Shown here: positions 1 through 10,949 of the stretch, in pieces
Layout of the letters: each line of letters begins with the position of its first letter
How positions within the stretch are numbered: position 1 is the stretch's first letter
NCBI GenBank assembly: GCA_001600815.1
Contig: BCKZ01000012.1
Span: forward strand, 372,001 to 436,000
Origin: Alloascoidea hylecoeti
Taxonomy: Eukaryota
DNA: 64,000 bases
Direction: 5' to 3'
The notes under the pieces: model-generated
The model's input: the letters and a program-made list of their open reading frames with translations, nothing else
Database searches by the model: none
What the model was told of the DNA's origin: nothing
Made by a program: the position numbers and the translations under genes

Positions 1-36
1 CAAGTTTATTGCAATTGCCGCTTCTATAATATATTA

Positions 37-3000
37 TTACAAAATACTTTCTTCCATTTCTTCATCACTATGAGCTTCATCCTCTATATTTACCTCTTCT
101 TCTTCCTCATATTCATCAGAATCATAGTGTAAGATACAGACCTATTTTCATTACGAGTACTTCTTCTTGTTGCACCCTTTTCTTTTGGTAAATGGATATC
201 GATTGTTTTCTCTTCAATGACATGGTTTTAGTAGAGACACCATTGTTTTCTTCTTTCACTACAATTCTTTTCGTAACATTTAGAGCTCTTTTAGAGAAAA
301 CTCTTGTCAATTTCTCTGAAATATATTCTTTAAATCGATCTAAAATCACATCTGGAANGAAATTTGTTGTTATTATTTTATCACCAGCACTTTTTTCTTC
401 TCTTTTGAAAACTGCAAATGCATCACCAGGTAATTGTAACTTCCCAGGCCATGCATCAACCGACCAATCTTTGGATAAATTCTTTAATTCCATTAAAACA
501 AGTTGTGCAATATCAGAAACTCGATAGAGATTGGTTGCAGCTAATGAATTAATATCCATATCTTCTGTTAGTTTATCACGGAACATTTTAACACGTTGTG
601 AAATGTAATAAAGTAAGGATATATTGTTTTTATTTGCAATCGATTGAACATAAACATTTATAAATTCAACTGCTAATTGAAATGCAACAAAAAGTCTTGC
701 GCTTGGATCTTCAGTATTATTATTTTCCTTGTCACTGTCATTTTCATATTTATCTAATGCTTCTTCTATAGTACTCATAAAATCTTCATGATGTGCAATC
801 ATTTGAAGTAGTCTTGAAATTTTTTTTTCATATATTGGGTCTTTTGAGTGTAATTTTTTCTGACGCGCAAATGAAGCTTTAATCCAAGTTAATGTACTAT
901 TCTTTAGTTCTGTTGTTGGTTCATGTGCAATGAAAAATACTAATGGTAAGAATCTATCTGAAATAACTTCCAAATTTATATATCGTTTTAATGTATCCAC
1001 AAATTGTGTTCGAACCTGTAAACATTCATCTTGAACAATAAAAATAAGCCGATTAATGTGATTTGCAGTAATCATAGAAAGGTATAAGCCTGTAGCCTTA
1101 ATCTTAATCTTGTGTATGAAGGAGTTAAACCATTTTTAGCTGTTGATATCTCACCACCATGTCCAATTAATGAAATTAAAATTTTAAAAACAGGATCAGC
1201 TTGTTGTGTTGCATCTTCAGAAGATTCTTCATAAATTTTTAAACGATTAACAAATCATTTTAAAACATAAATTTTGGCTAAAGTTTCTGTATTAATTTCA
1301 TCATCATTCAACCATAATTGATCATTTTCTTCATCTATTTGAGTATCAATTTTTAAAAGAACATTNTTAATAAGATATGCAGTTATTTCTTCATTTTCTT
1401 TTATACCAATTATTTCAGGTAATGATATATATAATGAAGCTAAAGCAGAAATATAAGTAACAAATTTTGGATTTTTTTTATTTAATGGTAATATATCTTT
1501 TAAGATTTGTTGATAATACATTTCTTTATTTTTTGAAAATGAAAGAATTTTAATTGATAATTTTGCTTCTTCTGGTGATCCATTTGTTGCAAAATTTTTT
1601 AATGATTCAAAATATAATTTATCACTTGGTACTAAATCTAAAAATTTTCTTGTAAATTGTAAAATTGTTTTTAATGTATGACATGAACCATCAAACCCCT
1701 GGATTATTTGTTTTAATAACTTCAATTAATTCAGAAATATGACTTTTGAATAAACTTGGTGTAACATTTGATATTTCTGTTACTAATTCATGCGATGTTG
1801 AATGTAAAGAATGATTTAAATTTCTTGAAATTTTAACCAATTCAGGAATATTACTTTTATTATATAGAATAAGACTTGATCAGAACATTGATATTTTTAT
1901 AAATGATTGAAGATCTTTATTGTATAAACCAGTTTTATTTAATAATTCAACAATTGATCTTCTAATTGTTTCATAATCAGCTTCAGGATTAATACAAATT
2001 TTGATTAATGTATACCATATTTTATCATTTTTATTAATAAATTCTGTTAATAATCTTTCAACATCCATATCATCAGGAAATAAAGCAGAGAACCACTTTT
2101 TAGCTCTATTTAATTTTTGTTCAATTGATGTAGTTTCTTTATCATCAATTGGTGAACCAGAATTGTAATTTTCACATAATGTTATAAATTGTTCTAAAAA
2201 TGATGATAATTGTTGTGTTATCTTTTACCAATTGATAAAAATGAAGTTTTTTTTTTGATTTTGAATCATTAATATTTTTTATACAGTTAATAATCTATTA
2301 ACACGAATTTCATTATTAATTTCAAATGGTAAAATTTGTTTAAATAAAACTTTATCCATTTTAAAATTAATTTGTTTATCATTGACATAAATAAGTTGTA
2401 AAATATTTGTTGGTATCCAACCAACTAATGAATCAAGTTCATCATCATTACCAGAATATAAATCTTTAAAAATTTCATTATACAATTGTATCAATAACTG
2501 TATTTCTAATAGTTGGATCTCGTTCTCTTGTTAAACTACCTAAAGTTTCAAGTAATGTTTTATTTCTGATTTTTGTAAGTAATAAATGTTCGGATAATAA
2601 TAATGAAACTGTTTTACAAGCAGCCAATCTAACTTTTCTATCAGTATCGATTAAACATTTGGTTAAACCATTAGAAACTTCTTTAATAACATTAACTCTA
2701 TTGGCAAGAACGGTATAAGATTTCATAGTCCATATTTCTCTTACCAATGGAGATTTGTCAGATATTCTATTCATCCAATTATTCCAGGTATCATGATGTT
2801 GAGATACAAAATCAATTCTTGATGGAGAAATTCCTAAAATTGCACCAACGGTATCAGTTGCTAAAATTCTAATCATTGAATCTTCAGTTGTCAATTCATC
2901 ATTTAATAAACCCATTACAGAAGTTAATAATTCAGGAACAGCTCTCCATATTTCAATATGTATTGTTGATAAATTTTTTTTGATTTTCAATATCAAACCC

Positions 3001-3520
3001 ATCTTTTTCAATTTGAGTATTTTCAAATAAAGTTTCAGAGAAATATTGAGTTATTTGTCGTGTCATTCTATCAGCATTTTGATCACAAATAATAGTTGAA
3101 AAATTATAATCTGTTTATCTAACATTCATTTGTTGTGTTACTGAACCTGATTTACCATTTCCATTACCATTACCATTAGATTGTGTAATATTTGAATTTA
3201 TATTTGAATGCTTTTCACCTTTTAAGAAATAAAAAAGGATTTTTTTTAATATTTCAGATGGAATTTCTTCAGACTCTTCAATAATTGCAGATAATACATC
3301 AGCACATAAAAGTTCTAATTGTTTTGGAATACCTTTATTTGCGGCTTCATATAATTTATCAAAAATTGATTTAATTAATTCATCAGAATGAGGTAAATCA
3401 GTCACTAAAACAATACTTCTTACTTCAGATAAAGATCTTAATAAATAAAATAATTGATTAAAATAACTATAATTTGATTCTGAATTAATTGAATGTTTAG
3501 CATACCCATTTTGTATCAAA
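37..3520 (-). pseudogene. PDS5: Pds5 cohesin-associated HEAT-repeat protein, disrupted and 5'-truncated
   Basis: Six consecutive ORF pieces carry Pds5 motifs (YLLRSLSEVRSIVLVTDLP; IWRAVPELLTSVMGLLNDEL; LVGWIPTNIL; SSLILYNKSNIP; VQDECLQVRTQF; NLYRVSDIAQ; WPGKLQLP). In-frame stops at 3115 (TAA), 1860 (TGA, in place of the usual R of RSS) and 1255 (TGA), plus several frameshifts. Acidic tail ends at TAA 37-39. No N-terminal part or ATG is seen before the RPL8 promoter. Confidence 0.9.
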
Positions 3521-3672
3521 AATAGGAGGATTTGCAGTTATCACCCGGCTCCACATGTGATTCGTGATAGGGCTAAACCCGGAGTGACTGCGAAATATAT
3601 AAAATCTTCACATAAATTGAGTCTTTTCTGGATTAATCACTCTAACCTTAAATACATACAATTAAATATAAA

Positions 3673-4764
3673 ATGGTAAGCTTTATCAAATAGGATACGC
3701 GTTATCAGATGATCTTCTCTATGAAGCTGATTAATAAGATTAAAATCATGATGAATGTTTTTATTCTTTGTTAAATTCAAAACATTTTGGTATAAAGTGA
3801 TTGAATATCGGCTGAGTCTCCTCTGATTGTTTTACAATTATTGAGACTGTAGAGTGATTATTGAAGTCTTTTTATGATTGAATACGAACTGACTTCGATT
3901 TCCTCAATGACACAGCCCGCTAAAGGAAAGAAAGTTGCTCGATCTCCCTTCCCAGCGACTAAAGCTAGTAAGAAGGAAAAGGTATGTAATGTCTAACTTG
4001 TTTTGCTTTCAAATGTGAACCTTTGTTGCAGATTCTAACTTATTGCGAAGAAAAATCCCCTTTTTGAATCTACTCCAAGAAATTTCGGAATTGGTCAAGG
4101 CCTTCGATCAAGGAAGAATTTGTCAAGATATGTCAAGTGGCCGGAATATGTTCGTCTTCAAAGACAAAGAAAAATTCTTAATCTTCGTCTTAAGGTTCCT
4201 CCAGCTATTGCCCAATTTCAATATACTTTGGACAAAAATACTGCCACTCAAGCTTTCAAACTTTTAAACAAATATCGTCCAGAAACTGTTGCTGAAAAGA
4301 AGGGGAGATTACAAAGCGCAGCCGCTAGAATTATAGCTGGAGAAAAGAAGGAAGATGTCCATGACAAACCATTTGTTGTGAAATATGGTATAAATCATGT
4401 TGTATCCCTTATTGAAAGTAAGAAAACCAGTTTAGTTTTAATTGCTAATGATGTTGATCCAATTGAATTGGTTTTATATCTTCCCGCTTTATGCAAAAAG
4501 ATGGGTGTTCCTTATGCTATTATTAAAGGTAAAGCACGTCTTGGTACTGTTGTCCATAAGAAAACTGCTACTGCCGTTGCCTTAACTGAAGTTAGAGCAG
4601 AGGATAAAGCCGCATTGTCTAGTCTCGTCTCAACCATTAATTCTAACTATGCTGAGAAGTATGATGATAGTAAGAGACATTGGGGTGGTGGTATCATGGG
4701 ACCTAAGGCTGTAGCAAAGATTGAAAAGAAGAAAAGGGCCAATGACAATGCTATTAAAGTATAA
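3673..4764 (+). CDS. RPL8: 60S ribosomal protein eL8 (L8/L7a), 3 exons: 3673-3675, 3916-3981, 4051-4764
   Basis: Spliced translation [13 protein letters not shown]...[16 protein letters not shown]...[16 protein letters not shown]...[12 protein letters not shown]. Intron 1 is GTAAGC...CAG; intron 2 is GTATGT...TTCTAAC...AAG. Confidence 0.95.
3744..3830 (+). ncRNA. Possible intronic box C/D snoRNA in RPL8 intron 1
   Basis: ATGATGA (box C) at 3748-3754, C'-like GTGATTGA at about 3798, CTGA at 3812 and 3823, inside a 240-nt ribosomal-protein intron. No rRNA target recognised. Confidence 0.3.
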
Positions 4765-5469
4765 GTAGTTAGTTAATGAGTGGTTATTTTGATTTGCTTT
4801 TTTGAGATGTATACGTATGATTTATAATTATGATTTCTTGAATTTTGAGTGATGGTAATATAGGTCAATTATAATTTTTAAATTTCTGGATCACAAAGGT
4901 AAAATTATGAACTGTGCAAGGAATTACTAGGGATGGTAACAGTATTCATGAATCATTACGATATAGAAGATATATATATATACTATTTAAGGGAGGGTGA
5001 TACCTCACAACCTTCCAATATGAAGCAATACATTTTCTTAAGTTCCAAAAAATTAAATATCTTATAAGTTATAAGTAATATCGACCTATATTTTTGTCTG
5101 TCACCATAGATATTGACATCTTATTATACTTATCAAATTACTTACTGCTCTTATTATAACTACACTTCGTTTATACCTTACATACATTTATTATTATATC
5201 TAGAGAAGTCTTATATCGGATTACATATAAGCATATAGGGTTCCTAACTTCCCAGGCCTACCGAGTCCCGACATATTTGATATTGTTGGGTAACTCTTGG
5301 TTCAGAACACATTGAACATGGAGTATTGATATTAAGGATTGGTTCAATAATGACCTTTTAATTTCCTTCAATGATTTGATTAGGAATGGAACGTTTCATT
5401 AACCAGCAGCTAGGTCTAATCTTAAAGTTGATTTAGCATCTTCAACCAAACAATTCTTAACGAATTTAT

Positions 5470-6220
5470 TATCTTTAGATTCCTCTGGCATTTGAGGTCC
5501 TGTAACAAGTATCAGCATACTTATAACGGACACCGGCTTGCTCTTTCCAGCTATTTTGACAAGTAATTAGTTCCATATAATAAAAAACTTGGCTGAATAA
5601 ATCATACTTTGAAATCTCTATTCAAGGATAATTGGATACGACATCCCCATAGTTGATAATAAAATTAATACATTTCGCTTACTTAACCAATTACAGGGAT
5701 AATATGAAGGTTTGGAAAACGGGAATTCAAAACATAAGGAAAGGTATTACCGATTATAACACAAAATGTCATTGCTTCACCGAATGCAAAAGCAACTTGG
5801 GCAAATTAAGACCTTTCCCATAGCAATGGTTGACTGTTGTTTGATATGAGTGTGTTCCTGATAATGCATTTACCACGATAAGTCTATATTTTCAAAGTTA
5901 GAATTTGATTCGATAGCATATTAGAGATAATTAGTGAAACACCTTATTGTCCAATCCACCACTACCGTTAAAATAACAACCACCATAACATCAGTTAATA
6001 AACTACATAGTCGAATACTATTAGCTATATTCGTAAGTCATTTACATATTGGTTTCAAAAGATTCCACTTCTCATAGTTCATTATTGTTACCTGTTAATT
6101 TTCATCTCCATCATCATTTAACAGTACTTCTTCATCAAAAGCATCATAATCATCAAAATGTAATGAGCTTAGATATCTTCTTCGGATAATCCAACAGTAC
6201 AACTGAAAACATGTATTATA
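5470..6220 (-). pseudogene. AVT2: Decayed Avt2-like (SLC38/AAAP) vacuolar amino-acid transporter
   Basis: Not on the ORF track. Minus-strand pieces read TNIANSI...ILTVVVDWTIR / intron 5884-5942 with TTCTAAC..TAG / LIVVNALSGTHSYQTTVNHCYGKG...AQVAFAFGEAMTFCVIIGNTFPYVL...MGMSYP...NRD, matching the Avt2 motifs NMANSI, VDWTIRLIV, AFAFG and SYPLSLxRD. Contains frameshifts, stops and deletions; the C-terminal half is not recognisable. Confidence 0.85.
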
Positions 6221-6388
6221 TTGCAAATTGATGCTGTAAGGATGTTAGATAATTAGGGCGTAACCGTTTAGCAGTCACATTTCATCCAACCCATGCTCAA
6301 CTTTACTTCCCACATCTTTTAGAACGTCTTGAAAACTCCCACATTGATTACTTGTTGCGAGCAAACAATATCATACATCCAATAAGTC

Positions 6389-6676
6389 GTAAGTAAAAAT
6401 TGCTATTCTGGTTCACAATTATTGATTGGTTATTTTATATTTGCAACACTATCACAAATGATTATTTCCGGACATTTTAATATACATTTGACCAATATTT
6501 CAAAAGTTTTTCTGTAGTACAGAAAGAGGAGATACATTCGAATTCAATCATTACATTTACAAATATAACCAGCAAATGAAAGAATAAATAATAGGAATAT
6601 TATATGATTATCAATGAATTGTTGAACCAGCTTTAATTGTTTATGTGCATAATTTTTTAACATTTCTATAAATTAG
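6389..6676 (+). other. 5'-UTR intron of RPL29
   Basis: GTAAGT at 6389, TTTTAAC branch-like site at about 6655, TAG ending at 6676, 3 nt before the ATG. S. cerevisiae RPL29 also has a 5'-UTR intron. Confidence 0.75.
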
Positions 6677-6679
6677 ACC

Positions 6680-6907
6680 ATGGCCAAATCAAAGAATCAT
6701 ACAAATCATAACCAAATCAGCAAGGCCCACCGTAACGGTATCAAGAAGCCAAAGACATATAAGTACCCTTCCCTTAAAGGTGTTGACCCAAAATTCAAGA
6801 GAAACCACCGACATGCTCTTCATGGTACTGCCAAGGCCCTTGCTGCCACCAAAGAGAAGAGAGATACAATCAGAAAGGCCAAACTTGCTGCTAAACAAAA
6901 GAAATAA
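6680..6907 (+). CDS. RPL29: 60S ribosomal protein eL29
   Basis: [34 protein letters not shown] signature. Confidence 0.98.
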   Translation: MAKSKNHTNHNQISKAHRNGIKKPKTYKYPSLKGVDPKFKRNHRHALHGTAKALAATKEKRDTIRKAKLAAKQKK

Positions 6908-7220
6908 ATGTTAATTAGTATATTGTTATTATAATATAATTCTCATCCTACTTATTAATTGAATTGTTTCTGTATTATAATGATTTGGAATGGAAATATC
7001 AGAATCTTTTCATTTACATGTGTTGATATTAATTTAAATAATTCTAACTGGTTATTACATTACCTTCTCATCAGATATTTCATGTAGAATGATAAGTTCG
7101 TTTATCTATAGTATTATTTTGTAAAATGTTACTTAAATTTATAGCTATCTTTTTTACACTCTTATAATTATACTCCATTTACATGTAGAGTTCATTTTTA
7201 TGGGATGTAAATCACCCGTT

Positions 7221-7900
7221 TTAGTCGCTCTGGACATGATGAGTATGAGATGATTCGGTGCAAGACTCAGGAACCACTGATATAGCTGACCTCATATTTT
7301 CGGCAATACTTCCGACAGACGATTTTGGACATTCTTGACACCACCTTTCATTATATCTAACTGAGTGCATGTATCCTGGATCAATGTTGAGCTTGCTTCT
7401 TACGGGTTTCAATTGGATTTAGGTCTGGAGAACCCACAAACACACATGGTTGTTCCAATTGATTTTTTATTTTTTATTTGTATTTAGGGATGGGAGAATT
7501 GTCCTGTTAAAAAAAAAAGCTTGAATAAAAGGTATTACTACCCGTTATAATTTTAATGCTTCTTTGATATAAGACACTTCTGAATTAGTTTTCCTTTGAA
7601 GCATCTCCGTCTCAGACGAATCTTGGGTATTTTCGGTTGGACAATTTTTGTAATGCTTTTATTAGACCTCCATATCGCGAAGGTAACTTTGGCTTTCAGT
7701 TAGTTAGTTAGTTTGGTATTTTCTTATTCTACAATTACAATGCCAGTGGATTCAGCACAAATATGACTTGATCTAACCAATTGAATAAGATATTACTTTT
7801 TCACTGCAGTCAGTCGAGCAATTCATATTTCGAATGGTCAGAAATTATTAAGCAGCCGATGAGTTGTTCTAAAATAAAGTTTATAATTATCCAGATGTTT
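7221..7900 (-). mobile_element. Tc1/mariner (IS630-Tc1) transposase relic
   Basis: The three DDE motifs occur in order: IISDHSKYEL (D at 7837-7839), F*QDNSPI (D at 7501-7503) and SPDLNPIE (7408-7431). The last two are in frame with 30 residues between D and E. Internal stops; no TIRs recognised. Confidence 0.85.
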
Positions 7901-8418
7901 TAAAAATATCCATTTAATTATTCTTTATTCATCACCAAAATCATATCTTTAATGTAAAAGTAAGTACATTTTAAATTTTGTTTTATTTTATGAGAATTGA
8001 TCTTCTTTTTCCTGATATTCATTGTTTTAATTAAATTTGTTTATATTTCACCATATTACCCCATGTTACAAAAAAGTATAGGTATATATCGCTCTGAATT
8101 TATTAGAGTATTTATTTTAATCTTGTTTAAAAACGTATTGTCATTTATTATATAAATTGATTCTTCTTCTTCATCTTCTTTTCATTGTTTATTGGGTATA
8201 TCAAAAGTAATAGTTCGTGTTTTTCTTTGGTATTTCAAGTTCTTCTTATCAGTTTGAAATTGGTACATTTTCTATGTTTTAAAATGATTTTTGAAGTCTG
8301 CAATTAGACTAGCTATTAAGTTTATAGATTATAATCTATAATTCATATTAGGTATAATGTAATATTCATAAAATAAAATAACATAAAGTAAAATCATAAA
8401 AAAAATAGTAAATTATGG

Positions 8419-10362
8419 TTATGGATTTAATCTTCTTCTTTTTCTTCCTTCCTCTCCCATTGTTTCTTCCCTTTCTTCTATTATTGGTGCTGAGTACTCT
8501 TTTGCTTTTAATGCTTCTTCCCTGAGTCGGTATAATTTTTCCTCATCCCTTTTGCTTTTAATATCAGTAATTATTGTTTTATCTCCTTTAGTTGTGCTAC
8601 TTAAACCAAAATCGAAAAAGTACACATATTGTTTCTCTGTTACCCTTATGTTTGGGAGTCTAATGTCCCCATGAGTTATGTCAGCATCGTGTAACTTTTT
8701 CAAATTTGACATTGCCTTTTCGTATATTTTATCATCTGAAAAATCAGGTTCCTTACCATCAATGTAATCTAGTAACAGGAATAGTCCTGCACTAACGGTC
8801 TCACCATCATCACCAAATAAGGTACAAAAACCTATTCCATGAAGCTTAGGCACTATGCCCTCTAAATNTGTTTTTTCTGATAACACCATGTAGATTCGTA
8901 GTTCATCTTTGTAATAATTGTAACAAGGTTCAGCCAACTTAATCAATCTTTTGTTGTTACAAACAGCAAGGACCGGGTCAATCCACTTAATAATATATTC
9001 ACGTCCGCTTATAAGGTTAAAAGAGTTGCTATCAGTCGCCTCATAAAACTGCTGTGATGAACAACGCAGTACCTGTGAATGATAACGTTCATCTGGAAGC
9101 TTGGAAAGCTGAATCCGATCTGTTTCTTGAAAAGAACTGAATTTTATCCTTAAATTCATATCCCGTGTGATGTCTACATTTTCAGATTCCTCAGAANATA
9201 AAAAGTAATCTTTCATCTTATCTCGAGATTCAGTTTCAGCAATGATGGTTTCTTCGACCGATTTCTCTAACCAATTCGCAAAATGTTGTAATTTTTCTTT
9301 TACTTCTTCTCTAGTGTGAATATTGAAAAAGTCAATTGCTTTTTTCAGAAACAATAAAAATATTAAAAAAACTCCGTTTTCACGAGCTCTTATAACTTTG
9401 TAATTGATTGGTAGTTCCTTATATTTAGATCCTTCATTAGGTATTTTTGCCTCATAATCTTTCAATTCTGTATCTAATGGTATTTCGAATAAAAAGATCA
9501 AGACTCCATCACTTAGAATACCAAATGGTGTTCCAAGTGTGAGTGCTTGTTGAATAANTTGATTAACTTTTTCTTTAAACTTAGCATCGGGGTTAAACCC
9601 ACTGACACCTCCCACCATTTTTTCTAATTGAGGTATTTTCATCTCAATAGTGATAATATCAGGGTTATTTTTACTAGAAATAGTAAAATCTGATCTCGTT
9701 GATACATTTCTTTTTCGAGTTCCCATCATTAGCTTTCCAGGTTTTTCTCCGTGCAAAGTTAAATCAGATTCTGTTATTCTATTGTAAAAACGAATACCAG
9801 GAGCAAGCAATTTATTACTTATAAAACGAGATATATCTGCTTCGGAAAATCTTTCTTGAGGGCCAAGTTTGACATCCAATATACCACCCAAGATTTTACA
9901 CATTGCCATTGTTACTCTAGGGTCATCTAATTGCGATAATGCTGTCTCCAACCAAATACTTTCTGCTTCGAATTTTAGTGTCTCACCATTGATAAATGAA
10001 GTTGTGTAAAAATAATCACCCATTTGATTTATCTCGGAACTAGTGTTAACATTAACAGCACCACTTGATCCAGTCTTTCTAGCAGCACCACTTGATCTAT
10101 CTATATTTGGCATACTATTATACCCAGTTATAAACAAACCTGTCATGGGTAAATTGCACAGAAGGTTTTGTAATACAAGTGCACTGCTATTGAAGAATAT
10201 ACTTTCTTCAGTAAGCGCTCTCAACTCATTTAAATTTTCCTCCTTACTAAGGTCACCAAAAAAAATGCTGGGGTCTACCTCGGATAGCTGATGCCTATTT
10301 TCACTGAATGTTTTCTCAATTTCATCGCTGTACTGTTTGAATTTGTCTGTAATAGTCTCCAT
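8419..10362 (-). CDS. PD-(D/E)xK nuclease-like + kinase-like fusion protein (Spok/Crinkler-type architecture), 647 aa
   Basis: RSD225FTI-x-TIE240MK242 followed by Q..QQAL..PFGILSDG (HsdR-N-like restriction endonuclease fold). Kinase motifs YIIK, DELRIY, VPKLHG, LLLDYIDG, LH..ITHGD566IRLPN, D584FG. C-terminal RKRRR NLS; no introns. Confidence 0.8.
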   Translation of the reverse strand: METITDKFKQYSDEIEKTFSENRHQLSEVDPSIFFGDLSKEENLNELRALTEESIFFNSSALVLQNLLCNLPMTGLFITGYNSMPNIDRSSGAARKTGSSGAVNVNTSSEINQMGDYFYTTSFINGETLKFEAESIWLETALSQLDDPRVTMAMCKILGGILDVKLGPQERFSEADISRFISNKLLAPGIRFYNRITESDLTLHGEKPGKLMMGTRKRNVSTRSDFTISSKNNPDIITIEMKIPQLEKMVGGVSGFNPDAKFKEKVNQXIQQALTLGTPFGILSDGVLIFLFEIPLDTELKDYEAKIPNEGSKYKELPINYKVIRARENGVFLIFLLFLKKAIDFFNIHTREEVKEKLQHFANWLEKSVEETIIAETESRDKMKDYFLXSEESENVDITRDMNLRIKFSSFQETDRIQLSKLPDERYHSQVLRCSSQQFYEATDSNSFNLISGREYIIKWIDPVLAVCNNKRLIKLAEPCYNYYKDELRIYMVLSEKTXLEGIVPKLHGIGFCTLFGDDGETVSAGLFLLLDYIDGKEPDFSDDKIYEKAMSNLKKLHDADITHGDIRLPNIRVTEKQYVYFFDFGLSSTTKGDKTIITDIKSKRDEEKLYRLREEALKAKEYSAPIIEEREETMGEEGRKRRRLNP

Positions 10363-10454
10363 GGTGGCAAAGAAAAGAAAATGTGTATAAGTTACAGGTA
10401 AATTATTTGCATCACGTGCGGACTGATATTATTAATCACTATAGAAGTATGGCA

Positions 10455-10761
10455 TCAAAAAAGAAAAAAGTGCTAGTGATAAATAGTAACAACAAATTTC
10501 ATTCCAGATGTGATTTTAGATCGATTTAAAGAATATATTTCAAAGAAATTGACAAGAGCTTTCTCTAAAAGAGCTCTAAATGTTACGAAAAGAATTGTAG
10601 CGAAAGAAGAAAACAATGGTGTCTCTACTAAAACCATGCCATTGAAGAGACAACAATCGATATCCATTTATCAAAGGAAAAGTGCAACAAGAAGAAGTAC
10701 TCGTAATAAAAATAGGTCTGTATCTTACACTTATGATTCTGATGAATATGAAGAAGAATAA
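10455..10761 (+). repeat. Inverted duplicate (~300 bp) of the PDS5 3' end at about 100-409 (-)
   Basis: Aligns directly to the reverse complement of about 100-409, with roughly 15-18 differences by hand count. Encodes ILDRFKEYISKKLTRAFSKRALNVTKRIV...YDSDEYEEE*. Confidence 0.95.
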
Positions 10762-10949
10762 GTTTTCCGATATTATTTATAATTAATAATTTATGAGATG
10801 TATATTTACCTGGGCCGAAACTTTAATGCATTAAAGTATCGGTAACTAGTAACCAGACCAAGAAAAAAAGATAAGATACCCATAAAATATTTCTTTAAAA
10901 TTTGAGATTTGGTCTATTGCCTACTATATTTATATAGCATTGGTGGAAA

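Noticed and set aside
1255..1862. In-frame TGA codons in PDS5 as recoding or an alternative genetic code
   Set aside because: The same gene also has an in-frame TAA and frameshifts, and TGA terminates intact genes (STE12, OGT, VAN1).
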